Origin: Tubiluchus corallicola
Taxonomy: Eukaryota; Animalia; Priapulida
Direction of reading: 5' to 3'
NCBI GenBank assembly: GCA_030141605.1
Contig: JAQGDQ010000067.1
Coordinates: 62,001 to 126,000 of the forward strand
Length of the DNA: 64,000 nucleotides
Position 1 is the first letter of the stretch, and each line of letters begins with the position of its first letter. The translations under genes were made by a program, and so were the position numbers. Below the pieces are notes generated by a model. That model worked only from the letters and a program-made list of their open reading frames with translations, did not search any database and was not told where the DNA came from. Shown here one piece after another: positions 13,862 through 28,199 of this stretch.

Positions 13862-14329
13862 CTGAAACAAACAGAAAACTAATTAAAAACATTATGTAGT
13901 TTAACAAAGCAGTGACAAAGTGTGAGTTGGTAGGAAGTTGTAGCAAATGACGATAGGTAGCTGGAAATATGAGGTGTGTGTTATTTTACTTCATTACCTC
14001 TTAATCAATGCAAAATCCAATTTAATGATCATTAGCGGCTGTGCCTTGTGCTCTCAAAATCCCGAGGACAGACGCTTCTCTAGTGAATATTGAAGTCAAA
14101 TAATAATCCAACAGTTAAATTCGTCGTAACGTAAGTAATTAGCTCCTCATGCAGCAGTCATGCAGTAGCAGATTCATTTACACGACTTAGGACAAATAAA
14201 CTGGGTGCTACAAACGACATAAATAATGCATGGAAATTTGTACAGGTAAAAATTTCTATATTTCTACATTTGACAAAGATTTCTATATTTGACAAACATG
14301 AACCTGTGAGAAAGAAAAAGTAAAAACAT

Positions 14330-16750
14330 ATACCAATGGTAGAGAGACTTAATTCAGGAGCTCAACGTACACTTTGTTTAGGTAAGCAATGAAAAATGTA
14401 TGAAAAATAGGGGAGTTTTCTTTGATGATGCTATTAACTGGAAGGCTGGAAGCTCGCTCTGGTTTCCAAGAACCATGTAGGTGCCATAATGATGGATCTG
14501 AGCAAAGCTTTCGATGCCTGTCTCATTGTCTTATGATCTAAATTGTATGGTCTCACGCAAAAGTCACTAAATCCAGTTATCTCCAGTTATCTATCACTGT
14601 CACGGTCGTATTTAGCAGACTAAAATGAATAGCCATTTAATTGTAATAACACATTTACGTGGCATTTGAAAAAAATATTAGCTATATCTGAATGTATTGT
14701 ATTGAACCTGTCATTACTAACTAATTAACCGAATTTGGTAAACGTTATAAACAGGTGGCTCCACCTATTGGGAGTTCGACAACGAAATGTTACAGTTCAA
14801 CTTTTGGACCAAATTTTGGTTTCATGATCTCATACCTATAATACCGATGTGATTGAATGATTAACTGGGTCACGACAGGTATGACTTGAGAGGGGCAGAT
14901 TATTCCACGAGGTTACGGGGATAGTGGTTAAATGGCCGACTCAGCTAAAAGGCCAATTGATTTTGTCTTTGTCGGGGCGTTGGCCGACAAGACGTTGCTT
15001 CGGGTTGCTTTTATAATCAACTTCATGACTTGCAATAGCTACCTCAATTGAATTGTTCACACTACCAGTCATTATCTTGAGTAGACAGAACGTGAGCCAT
15101 ACGTCTGGTATTTGGCAAATGACATTTTCCTGTGATGGGTATGCTTCCATGACGGTGGAGTTTTCAACCAAAAAGGCACAAAAAGTAGACTTCTAATATA
15201 TTCTGAAAGCCTGGTACCTGACTCATTAGAAGGAGAGGTCGTCAGGAGAATCTTGGTAGTCTGTCATCGTCCGCTAGTCTCGTTAAGCCAGTCAAGCGAG
15301 TGGAACATTGGTGCGGTCGCCGTTGCCGATGAGGCTGTTAGCAAAGTGATTCCAGCCACCTAAGTGTGTGAACCCCGGAACTTTACGGGAGACGCCCTGC
15401 CTACGTGAAACGCTAGCGGACTGATTATAAATGAGGGGTACCCCGCTGTTCTTGTGCAAGTTGTGAGTTTTTGTTTATTGTTTTGGATTAATTAATCAAT
15501 TATGCCAATTAAAATGTTAAGCCTATGGCAAACAATTTGTTTATTTAAACGTTGTTGTGTTCACTGTTTCCGTTCACACTGTATCACCATTGGCCCATTC
15601 TCTGTACTTTAGGAAGGACCGACCCCTCCTGCGCTTGTAACTGCCTTAGAATTTAAATAAACATTGCTGTTCCTTAACATTTGGAGTCACCGACTTAATC
15701 CATCTTGTCTTAAGTTGCCCGACCCAAGTTAGAGGCCCAGTTGGGCTAGCAAAGAATTTCGTGACTCGAATGTTACAATCACACCGTTTTTACAGGGCAA
15801 AAGTTCTGAAAAGCTTTAGTCCATGGGGATTAAAACAGACAGGCGTGCCACAAAGTTCCATACTTGGGCCCCTTCTTTTTAGCATCTTCTTAAATGACAT
15901 GTTACTTAAATTATAAAATATTGCTCTTTACAATTATGACGATGGCAAACGTATTAGCCAGACACACAAAAACATAAAGAAACTGAGAACAGATCTTGAA
16001 TGTCAGAGTGAGAAAGCAATGGTATGAAGGCCGACCCAAACCAATGTCAGGCTATGTTAATTTCACCTGACGAACTAACTCCCTACTTCACAACAAGAAG
16101 TAAAAGTTCTTGGCGTGTCAATCGACGACAAATTGTGTTCGAAAATCATGTGTCCGAGATGTGCAGAAAGACAGCAAAACAATTATCTTACACAGACTTA
16201 GTTGCTTTCTATATGAAAAAAGTAAATTAATTATTTATAATTCTTTTATAGCTACAAATTTTAAATATTGTCCTTTATTATGGCATTTTTACTCTGTCAC
16301 GAATACGTGCAAAATTGAAGGAAAGCGGATTACGTTTTGTTTACTATGACTACACATTACACAAGCACATATGAAGGTCTTTTATTGAAGGCGAACATGT
16401 GTACCATGCATGAAATGGGCCTTAGGTGTTTAGCTAAAACAATACATAAAGTACTACATGGTACTGGATCAAAGCACGTAAAAAACTCGTGACAAAAAAA
16501 CAAGACACCAGATCGACGAAATTCAGAACAATGTTATGGTGCCGAAATTTAACACTGTCAGATTTGGCAAGGAATCAGTAAGGTATAGTTTGCAATGATT
16601 TGCATTCTTATTTTAAGAAAACAGCAAATTACAAACAATTTTAGCATTAATTAATACTTGGAATGGCAAATCGTGTAAATGTAAATACTGTGCTAACATA
16701 TACAGACGTAAAACATAAATCGCTTTGAATGAAAAATGTTTTGTGTATTA
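14330..16750 (+). mobile_element. Decayed CR1/L2-type LINE RT remnant split by a solo LTR
   Basis: Frameshifted RT motifs VGAIMMDLSKAF (~14480), GVPQSSILGPLLFSIFLNDM (~15840), LYNYDD (YADD position), YNSFIATNFKYCPLLWHF. Confidence 0.8.
14598..15777 (+). mobile_element. Solo LTR (1180 bp) with 5-bp TSD
   Basis: Begins TGTCAC and ends GTTACA; ATCAC at 14593-14597 and 15778-15782; AATAAA at ~15657; LINE coding sequence resumes across it. Confidence 0.85.
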
Positions 16751-17798
16751 TATTAACTTGGCAACTGTCTTTTAAATTACGGGTTATGTACTATTTATTT
16801 ATTATTTATTCGTAATTAAAAAGTAATCACTTGTTTACAATACATTACACACCAAAAATAATACTTCGGAAAAAAACAAAAACATTAAAAAGACTAAATG
16901 ACAACCATTAGCCTCAAAAATCATACGTAAAATTGCCATAAAGTCATGTGTACGTAATTAATCCTCCACGGTAAATGTTAAGATTTCACTCAATTCATTC
17001 AAGCAATAAAAAGAGAAATCTCTTCCTTCTATTGTATTTAAAATATTCATCGCCAGAAATATTTTAGAAATTTGTTCCTCAGTTAGTTTGCATACCTCTT
17101 TAAATACAAGTAATCGTACAAGCTTCGGCTTAGATATCATCAATGCAAAACCTACATTATACTTTTGGCATGTGTATTTCACATTATTTCCCACACGTGA
17201 TAAAACTGTGTAACAACTTTGTTGAGTAACCGCTACGATAACATGTATAAAATAAGTTTTCAATACCTTGCAATTATCTAAATAATGGGCTTTATCACAT
17301 TACAAATACGGAGCAGAAAATACCTATGTGATTTTCTTGGAAGGTTCCATAACATTCTCACGCCTATATTCTACGCAGTATCAAGTGACGTTAATTGGGG
17401 GACATTACATTTCCAATATTGAGAATCATAAAAACTATGACGATAACTCTTAAACTTTGATACAACCAAAAGAAATTTGTAATTACATTGTTCCTTCTGT
17501 AAATAAAATGGTTACAATTCAAAATTGTTACAATATCCTTTGATCATAACATCATCTAAATTAGTCATGTTACAATTCAAAAACAGCCAAGATGTTCAAC
17601 CTTATTGCACCAAGTAAGTGAGTGGCCGTCAAGAATTATACGAGATTTATTATTGTAAATACGCACTGAACTTTTTTAAAAACAATGAAGTTGCTCTTGA
17701 TCTAAATAAGTTGAATATTCCATTCCGTTCCACAAATCGATCTTTTCCTGGAGGCTGATTGTACTAAACTTGGATGGACAGTTTCGGAAAACACCCAT

Positions 17799-18075
17799 TG
17801 ATGGAACCCATTAGCGTTCCGCGGAATCTAAACCGTCCTATTACACCCTCCATTTGGAATGTGCTATCCAACCACTACCGGTACCGCCACAGCACTTTCA
17901 TGTTTTCTCTTACTAAAAATTGCTAATTTTATGAAACGAGCTAAAATGGAACCCATTAGCGTCCCGCGGAATCTAAACCGTCCTACTACACCCTCCATTT
18001 GGAATGTGCTATCCAACCACTACAGGTACCGCCACCGCACTTTCACGTTTTCTCTTACTAAAAATTGCTAATTTT
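17799..18075. repeat. Two-copy ~147-bp tandem repeat
   Basis: atggaacccattagcg...ctaaaaattgctaatttt occurs at ~17802 and ~17947, nearly identical. Confidence 0.9.
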
Positions 18076-18756
18076 AGTGGTTTCGGCCCGTTGGTTCCTC
18101 CCTGTAGCCCCCGATTCGAAAAATAAACCAGCAGTGGACCACAGCAGGCATCACCATTGATCTGATATATGAATCCACCAGAATGATGCAGTAATTGGAG
18201 CTACGGTTGCGACGGTATATATGTATATACATACCAAGGACAGTAAAATATAGTGAGATACATTATTTTCTTAATCTTTTGGTCATTTAAAAGTTGAGTT
18301 TTTAATCGCTTGCTCCAAAACTATGAAATTTGTTAAAAAGTGACAATTTAAGAAGTTCAGTAGCAACTTCAGAAAAAGGTTTTAGGGCATAACATTCTCT
18401 GATGGTGCATCAAGCTATGCAAACAGCTTCTAGTTCACTTTGGCAAACAATTCTCAGATATGCCCACAAAGCAATCTCAATAATGACAGAAAGCGTTGTT
18501 CTTTATTACCCGCTAGCAAGTTTCCCCTATGTCTGACTAGCTATTCTCGTAAGCTAGTTCTCGCATTTGGATAGTTGCACTTGACATGGCTTCTCAGATT
18601 CCCAGCAGTCATGCTCCCAGTGTAGTAGGGAGACATGGTGCGTCTTATACTATAAGTTTATGATGCCTAGCATTGCCACACCATTTTCAACGCTTGGTTT
18701 AGAATTTTTGTATAGCTAAGCTGTTAGTTTTAGCTGTTACCTTTGCTGCTACCTTA

Positions 18757-19195
18757 GGTCATTTCACAGTGAGGACGCAAGGAAAATGACACACGGAGTT
18801 GCAGTCCGAAAATCAGCGCAAGAAAGTTCATTTCACAGTAAATCGCACGGTTTTTTCCGCCTGTCCAGTTAGCTGCAGCTACTTTGCGAGTTATACTTGC
18901 CGTACTTTTCATATACAATGTACAATTAATAATGTTAGTCAATTGTAATGTCAGGCCTATTTTTTTCAGCAGTAAAGGTCTATTATAGCCATTTCCATTA
19001 ATAAAACATAAACTCATCAGTGTGTCATATCTAAGATTGAATTCCGCGAAGATTCCTCACGAAAATGGAACATCCAGCAATTCTACCATGCGGCAAATTT
19101 TCTCACGAGGAGGACTCATAGCTTCTAGCTGGCGACAGAATTACTCACAAAGAATTGCATGAGGAATTTTGCTGCGCTGCCTCACTATGAACTAT
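18757..19195. mobile_element. Degenerate MITE (possibly Harbinger-type)
   Basis: ttcacagtgagg..cgca near 18763 versus tgcgctgcctcactatgaa near 19173; internal attcctcac/gaggaat repeats. Confidence 0.4.
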
Positions 19196-20010
19196 ATGTA
19201 TATAGGTGTGCGTGATCATCGTTAAATTCGTTCATGGGCTCACCTGAGCTTTTCAAAGGACTGGCCTGCAATATATATATATATATATAACAAGGTATCA
19301 AGTAATACCTTTTATTAAGATTAAACAAAGGTAGGTCAAAATTGTGTCACATTGCCAGCACGAAATGCCGTATAATCAAATCTTACTGAAATATGTGCAT
19401 ATTAAAATATGGCGAATGATAAGGCTGTCCCGGGATAAACCAGATAAACAGTGGGTATCAATTGCTAGACCCAAAGAAACGGTACAGTCGCAGATCAGTA
19501 GAAATTTACAGCACCAGTCTTCTTCCCACATTTTTTCTATTTTAAAAAAAATCCACTTAAACAAATTGCGAACAACAAGTTGACAGTATACGCTTTTTAC
19601 ACACGCAGTTATATAAACGTCAATAAAATTCCCTAATCTATCTGTTTTCTGAGCCGCAAGTGATTCAGTATGATTGCCGGCTTTTCCTGTTCCATGAGAT
19701 CATCGTTACCGTCACTCAGTGCTGACTAATATTAACCACCTACAAATGTTAACAGAGCCTAATAGGTTTGCAGGAAATTTATACCTCGGCCTTACAATTC
19801 AAATTCAAGATATTTTACGAAACACAGGGAAAGTTTGATACGTTGAATTGAATTTACATAACGCACAGCGTTTAGATAGCATGTTATTTAAAAGATAGTG
19901 AAAAGTAACTATAAAGACAGTTTGGAACAGGAAATCCATTATTTTATGTTGAACATTTTATATTAAACATAAATATTTAATGTGAAAATTAATAGTGTGA
20001 CACAAGTTAC

Positions 20011-22240
20011 ATGAGATGGCAAATTCAACGAAATCAGCAGACATTGGTAAGGATTACGATTCCACTATTAAGAGAAAAACTATATGAATCATTCCTGAAT
20101 CAAATCACAATAAATGAGCACGTTGATGACACAAGCAGCGTAACAATAAGAGAAGAGGAGTTACACAACTTGGTGTATGGCATGACGTACGCAATGAATA
20201 TTCTAGAGCCGAGGGCGAAACTGACTGTGACCAGTAATGAACAGAAACATTATTCAAGTAACAAATTAAGCGTCTCAAGAAAGATTACTATGACTAAGTA
20301 CATTGACAATGATAATGGTACAGTACAAATAACAAACGGCTGCTACCTAAAGTAGTGTTGGAAAAATATGTTAGAATTTCTGAAACTCGCAAAACGTCAT
20401 CATCAAATCTACACTCAAGAAAATATCATCCTCCATAGTGAAACGGAATATCCTAGTGCGATACAGTTAAACACACCCAAACTTGATTATGTAATTATGC
20501 AATTATGTATTAAAGACTCTCTCAGACACTGAAGCTCATAACGTAAAAACATCAAGGCGTCGAACATGCCTATTTCAAAAAATCTAGTGCCTGGATTTGA
20601 CACGATAAATGACAATAGAGACGCACTACAAAAACAATTAGAAAAACTAAATGAGCTAATTCTAAACCAGAATACTAGGTTTTGCAGGTACAAATGTTTT
20701 GGTCCATTACCCCTTCCCAAGGTAGTATATGCATTAGAAGCCACAATATATTAGACTGTACATTTAAAATTTGACTTATACTGCTACCTTTTACTGACAT
20801 TCTGGCTTTTTCTCGACTCAATATTGGACCAACAATGTATGTATGCATTTTAGCTTTTTAGTGTAACGTAGTAATCCGTAGCACTTATTTTCTAGCACTT
20901 ATTTCAGTAGTTTTGTACATGTAGTAATTGTAGACTACAGAACATTTGTATTTTGCAGAATAAACTAACATAGATATGGGAACGCAACTTTGATTTGAGT
21001 GTATACAATACACTAGCCTAAGTAAAATCGCAGATGCCTTAAATGCATAGCCTATACCATCTATAAATGTTGAAACACAGACGGATAACAGCGTACTAGG
21101 AAAGGCAGACAATATGGCAGGAAAACAGATGAAGGAGACAATGTGTGTGAGAGCAACATCAGCGAGATGCGACATAAGCCTACCCCAAAAACTCTGAATG
21201 CTGCGACAGAGACTCTCAATTTAGATGATTCGAGGACCAGATATCTAAACCCACAAGACATTTGCAGAAACATTCAAGTGCACTCTCACAGGGGAATTAC
21301 TATGGGCGAACTCAAGGAACTTGTTACGATCCAGCATCCTCCAATTCAGATTGAAAGTGTCATTCTTACATGTGGAGTTAACGACATTAAGCAAGCGCTG
21401 GACAGAACTCAATTTCAAGGCTCAGAAGCATGGTAGCAAGAGAAGGAAATGGTTGCCGATATACCCAAGACTGTATAGGTAACATTAAAAGCAAAATTTG
21501 GCCGTTGCAATGTATTTGTTTGTAGTATCCCCACATTTAAATCTGCTATGTACAATAAGTACACACACGCTAGTTTGTCATTGCAAAGGCTAACTCAATC
21601 ATTCGCTCATACAGTGACCAGTTGTTTAATATGATTGCTAAATTAGTATCAGATGACGTCAGAATTTGTGATTTAGTTTGCCATTTCACCGATGAGAACT
21701 TAATGGCTAGAGAAGGCTTGCATTTTAGTAGGCAGGGGGTCAGCAAGTTAACAGAACGTATGGAATTGTGTATAAACGCCAAAGATCGCTGGCACAGAGC
21801 GAAAAAAAGCAACAGCTATTATGTATCTAGAGTACCTTCTGTAAAAAAAACAGTAATTTTAGGCTGAGACCTAATGCAGTCAATGGCCTAATCCTTTAAA
21901 TGGGTCTAAGCCTGGTGTACTGCCGTCCCCGTTTGTAACAGATAATAGATCATTAACCACTAGGCCCGCTAGCATTACAAGACCTGCAATTAGTGCAAAC
22001 TACTTTGAAGAGAAACCAGAACTTGAGAATGGGCCTAGCTCGTTTATATTGACCACTTCGTGTCGAACAGACAATTGCGGAGACTCTTCTAACGCCGGTC
22101 AAATAATGCACGAGGATGTTAGGTCTTCACATACAGATAATGAAAATGCGGGATACACGAGAAACGCAAACCAACACGATTTTGCAAACGCAGACCCCTA
22201 CATACAAAACAATCAGATTAAAAAGCAAAGGTTAACTTAG
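20011..22240 (+). pseudogene. Disrupted LINE ORF1-like gene with coiled coil and SGNH/GDSL esterase domain
   Basis: SGNH blocks LNLDDS (GDS position), HSHRG, VILTCGVND, EGLHFSRQG; coiled coil ALQKQLEKLNELILNQNT; stops and frameshifts; 333-bp insertion 20679-21011 between ACTAG duplicates. Confidence 0.7.
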
Positions 22241-22877
22241 AAACGCATTTAAAACACTGATGCGTGAACTCGTTGCTAAGGTTACGTAGAAATATATAGC
22301 CCGCGTAATTTAGATCCTTGGAACAAAATAAAAAGTATTCTCGTATTAATAAATGTATACTAAACTGTTTTTATTATTTTATTGCATATAGATTTTATCT
22401 AAATAATGGGTTACAATTTCATTATTGTTTTTAAATTTGTCACGATAATTGCTGTACTCGTTTTAATTAATCTTATCACACAATATCGAATAGCTAGGCC
22501 TGCATTTAATGATGAAAGCAACTATGAAATACAATTAATCGTGTCTCTCTCTCGTCATATGATATTTTTAATCATACACAAACATTTTTCAAACTCAGCA
22601 AAGAAATTACCAGTTAGTGTGTTTAATCAGCAATCTGCAAAATTAACAGTATATCAATATTTTACTCATTGTACTTCGTTCAAAACGCAATTGGAATTTT
22701 ACATTACATAACTATTTATTAGGAATGCATTAAGCCGAGTAAACTATTTACAAAATTCATTTTTATTACAGCAGTATTGAATATCCAATACAGGAACATG
22801 ATAATATTCACTCAAATCACGATTTTATTTGTCCTAGACCTTACTAGACTATAATATCTATAATATGATGTGCATGC

Positions 22878-22932
22878 GTATGTGTGTGTGCGTGTGTGTG
22901 TATGTGTGTATGTGTATGTATATCTGTGTGTG
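22878..22932. repeat. Imperfect (TG)n microsatellite
   Basis: Directly visible. Confidence 0.85.
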
Positions 22933-24429
22933 ACATAGATTTCAGTCCCACCACAATCACCTATTAATTAATTTGTTATTCATTTAATCATCAATCATTT
23001 AATCATTAATTTGCTGAATCCAGGCTTGCCCAGTGCTGAACTGCACAAACAACGGAAAAAAGGGAGAATTTTTCTAGGAACGAAGCAGAGACATCTTAAA
23101 ATGAACAAGTTCCTACTCTATAAGCGACACTGATATGTTGATTTCGGCAAACATCAAATAAGTCAGAAAAGTGTGTGACAGTGAGTATTAATCGATTCCA
23201 ACACCGACAGTTTCTGGCTCTTTTGCAACACATTAATCTCTACTGCGTGAGTCAATGGCGAACCATTGTTAATTAATGGAAATTCACAGTTCTCCTTCCT
23301 ACTGATCAATTAATGTTCACGTTTGGCTGAGACGCTTTGTGAGTGGCTTCTCTTTACACACAGGTGTGCGCCATCGCGTTATGAAGCAGCATTGATCGAA
23401 TGACGCTTTTCATTTTCTCCTTGATCGGGCAGACATGCTCAACTTGCACATGGCAAGATGATGGTTCTGTTTGAAGCTAAAAACAGTAATGCCATTGTGG
23501 CATTTTTTAAAGATAGAATGAACTCGTATTTATTGAATTTTCGAAACCGACTTGTCCGAAAGCTTGAAAATATGAAAAAGTCGTGTCACTATGTCTACAA
23601 TTCATTAGCCATTAAACAATTCAAAATTTCCAACTTTGTTTACTTACACAGAAGTAATTATTAACTAACTGTGAACTAATTTGTTTACATTTAATTTAGA
23701 ATCTTCCTTTAACTGATTCAGGATCTCAAGTCGCCAGACCACACATGCGTTGAAAAAACTCTATTAAACACTAGAACGATTACTACTACATAACAAACAG
23801 CATTGGGATTAAATGATCAGTTTCCAAATAGAGTAGTTGTAAATTTTCAAACAATTCAGTACATTGCACACAATAGCAGACCTATTTTATCTGATGATGG
23901 TAGTGGCAGGAATCGAGTTCCTTATTATGAAAGAGAATCCTCAAAGGTGAATCAAAGATGGGAACAGCGGTGGAGCCATAACACGCTAGGATGTCCATCC
24001 TCTTTCAACGCGAAACATATCCGGAGGAGGTACGGCAGATGAAGCTACCCAAAAATGTCGCCTAAAAGTCATCACTGGAAAACAACAAATCGGCGATAGA
24101 AAGATCGGTCTAATATCAGTCCTTACAGTTTGTAAAATGCTTGAATTACTTTGGGTTTCATGAACTATTAAACGTTTCAGCTTGACTTATGAGACTTGCT
24201 TTCTAAGCCGGTTTTGTATTCAACCATTGACTTGACACAGGAAGTGGCAATGACTGCATCATGTACGGCATACAAAATGATCAGTTCGTTGCTAGGCGGC
24301 ACCAAGATGCGGCAGCTAGGCGGCACCTTCTAATAAAATGCAAAGCCTTCGGATAAAACAGCAAGTCAAAATAGTTTTGACCGGAAGTAAATTTAAGCGG
24401 CACTAAAAATACGATTCAACAAAGAATTA

Positions 24430-27330
24430 CTCCTGAATTTAGACACTATATGCGCGACCTGTATTTGAAGCCAAATGTCACCACCGTTGTTAGGAGCAGC
24501 ATTTTCCTTTTACAAGCGAGTACTACTTTGAATTCAGACTGATGAATGTATTGCGTATAAAACCTCTTTAAGCCTTTTGTCATATCGTATGAGATGAAGT
24601 CATATCGTTTTCTGACGGACACGCTGTAATACCAAGTATTACTGCAATCTGTAAAAGCTTCTTTGAATGCGTTATGAACGGCAGCCATACAAATTTCACT
24701 ACGAATGTGTTTTATTTATGGTGAAGTAAAATTACCTGCTATTTACAAAGATTTGGAAATTTTGGCCATTGATGTGTTTGATCAGCGTCCTTCCCGCTAC
24801 GTATCATTTATATCGTCCACCTAGCACTAATCTTGAAAAGTCGAAATTGCTATTGGAATGTACGTCGGTTATATGAAATGTTGGTCGCCCCCCTATGGCG
24901 TTTTTGGGTGACTTTAATCTTTCAGATTTTGAATGGGACCCGCTCGTAGTTTTCCCAGAGAATCGCCTTTGTATAATTCTTTTATTGATACGATTACTGA
25001 GTTAGGATTAGAACAATTAGTCAAATCTCATACAAGAATTGGTAAGCACTCAGGTCGCAAGAATAGCCTTGACTTGGTCTTATGCACTGACCTAGGGTTT
25101 GTGTATAACCTTAATATTTGTGAGCCTGTTCTGACAACTGATCATTTTGCGATAAGTTTCTGTTGTCACGGTCCAATCACTAAAAGTAAGGAAAATGTTA
25201 CTAGCCCAGTCGTCTTTGACTATGACAAATCTGATTGGGAGGCTCTATCAAATGCATTATTGCGTTCTAACTGGTCTGCTCTCTTTCACGATTGTACTGC
25301 AGTGCATGAAATGTGGAACGTTTTTATAAAAGGGAGTTATGACTAGTATTGAAACTTGCGTACCTAGCAAATGCTTTTTAAAACCAAATTGCAAGGCCAA
25401 AAAAGTTCATTATCCCACTTTTGTGCGCAGATTGGTATTACGAAAGCGAAGAATTTACAAAATGAGGCGAAAACAAAATGAATATGAGTATGACGTTGCA
25501 AATTTAGAATTCAAAAAAGCAACAAAGAAAGAAACGGTGCAATGATAATGGGGTACCCCTTTAAAGGATGACACTGGTTCTGTTACTACAGATGATAAAG
25601 CTAAAGCCAATCTTTTAAATAAATGCTTTGAATCCCATTTGGTAAAGGATAATGGAATATGCCCTGCTATTGAAAGTAAGGTACCAGATAATGAAGGCTT
25701 GTCATTTGTTGACTTCTCGACAACTGAAACCCAAGCAAAGTAAAACTCCTGACAGCATACCAGCAATATTTTTTTGAAAAAATGGTGAATAACGTATGTG
25801 TTCCTTTGTCTTATATCTTTTAAAAGTCTTTTACAGATGGCGCATTACCTGATGTTTGAAAACTGGCTGAAGTTATACTTATTCATAAGAAGGGAGAAAG
25901 TAGTGACCCGAAAGATTACAGGGCAGTATCACTTACAGATATAAGTTATTAGTTAAAGGAGAAATGTATTGCTGATAGTATGCTTTACTCTTTAAAATGT
26001 AAAGGTTTATTGTCAAAAGAGCAACATGGCTTCTTATCTAAACGATCCACTACAACTCAGTTACTCGAATGTCTATACAACTTTAGTTTAACTATATATA
26101 TCGATTTTAAAAAAGCATTTGACACTCTTTCCCATCCCAAGCTAATTTTGAAATTACATGCAAATGGCATTGTAGGACATCTTTTGACATGGATTGAAGC
26201 TTTTCTGAACGACAGGAAACAATGTTGCTATTGGCAATAATGTTTCTGAATATGTGTGTGTAACATCCGGTGTGTTCTTGGGCCGCTTTTGTTTATATAT
26301 TTTATTAATGATTTACCTGATGTCATTGATGCTGTAACAATAAAGTTATTTACAGATGATGTAAAACTCTATCAAAGTTTTTGGTCAAGTCAAAATAGTG
26401 ATTTTCAGTAAGCCCTGGGTGCAATTAACTTATGGGCTAATGAGTGGCAACTAGTTCTAGCCACACCGAAATGCAATGTTATACATATCGGGAATGCTAA
26501 TATGGTCCATGAATATCACTTTTTTGGCTCTTATTTACCCGTCGAAACAAGTATGCGTGATCTTAGTGTTATAATTTCTCATGACCTGAAATGGACAAAC
26601 CAACGCATTGAAGTAGATACTAAAGCCAATAGAATTACAAATATGTTGTTCAGAATGTTTTCTACTGATGATAAAAACATATCGTTAAAATCGTTTCTAG
26701 TTTACATAAGACATATTGTAGAGTATTGCTCGCCAGTCTGGAATCCAGCTTTATTGGGTAATGTTGACCGTATAGAAAGTGCACAGCGATACATTACTTG
26801 AGGCCTGTTTTATAGATGTAATTTAATGTATATGCCATATCCTAAGCGTCTGGAGATTCTACATCTAAAGTCTTTAGATGAAAGACGCATTCAAAAAGAT
26901 TTAGCTTCATGCTAAATAATTATTCATAGAGAAGTTGATGTCGACCTTGACAAACTTTTTACCCGAGTATCTTGCAATAGAACAAGACCAAATCATTCTC
27001 TGAAGCTTTTCGTGCGTCGAACAGCTGATGTATAATTTGGTCAATTTTTCTCAAATCGAGTTGTATCGATTTGGAACTCATTGCTTGCATATGCACCCGT
27101 CATAACTGCACAAAATATTAAGTTATTTAAAAACTGCTTATATAAAGTTAACTTGCATAAATTCCTCGTACACAATAGACACATGTAAGCAGTTAATCTC
27201 TTTGTGTCTTTACCACACTCTTGTAAATATTTTATTTGTATATTTTTTGCCATAGTGTTTTATATTATATTGTTTTTATTGTAGACTGTATTTTACTATT
27301 GGCTGTGAATAAAATGAAATAAAATAATTA
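24430..27330 (+). mobile_element. CR1-clade LINE ORF2 (AP endonuclease + RT), decayed, with 3' tail
   Basis: RKNSLDLVL, TTDHFAI, QHGFLSKRSTTTQLL, IYIDFKKAFDTLSH, LFTDDVKL, VEYCSPVWNP, FFSNRVVSIWNSL; ends aataaaatgaaataaaataa. Confidence 0.9.
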
Positions 27331-28199
27331 ATAAATGATATTTGCAACGTGTCAGGTTTAGTAGTGGTCCTGGTCCGCGCTCCGTCGCCATGTAGCTGTT
27401 GCTCGGCAGTTTTGAGTTGGAACATCGGCTGACACATGAAATTTATTTATCTATTTAGGCGTTTTTTATTTTCAGTGTAAAAAGTATTACTTTGTAAAAG
27501 ATGGGCCAGCAGACTCTTAGCGCTTATCTTATCATAAATTTCACAACTTACTAAAACATATTAAAATGATCTTACATGTGATACATAATTAATATACACA
27601 ATAACAAAAGCTTTAAATATAAATACATAAAAATGACACCTTTACAAAAATTTGTTGAAAGATATTTCGACAGACAACCAGAACTGCGATGAAGTGATTA
27701 AAATTACAGACTTACAGTACTGCAGGAAAAAGTATCTGATAATTGAGAACTAAGAAAAATATGTTCAGAGCATTTACAACATTGTAATCATTGTTATTCC
27801 AAATATTTGTTTTATCCTTTATTTCAGCTGGTAAACATACTCTTAAGGCATAAAATACAATAATTACTAAAAGAACTAGTTATAAAGCAGAAAACTCACA
27901 ATTTACAAAAGAGGAATTAGAAGAGGAATAGTTAAAATATTTACAAAAATGACATACATTAAAGATACACTAACATTATATTCCAATGGGCAAAAATTTT
28001 AGAACATATAAAACACCACTATTGTATAAATTACATGTTTTAATAAAGCATGTAATTTAGTCTAAAACACAGCATCTAATATGTACATTATATACAATAG
28101 ATTATATGTACATTCACGCAAAATAACATCAAAATGGTTAATATGATTTTTGTACACAGATTATAGAAGCTCGAATACCATATTTATATTTGAAGAATT

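Noticed and set aside
14300-14330. Strong minus-strand acceptor tttttctttctcacag
   Set aside because: The following frame has no neurexin similarity or good donor, and it lies at the edge of a LINE remnant.
27808-27836. tttatttcag-ctg-gtaaac microexon-like motif
   Set aside because: On the plus strand, antisense to neurexin.
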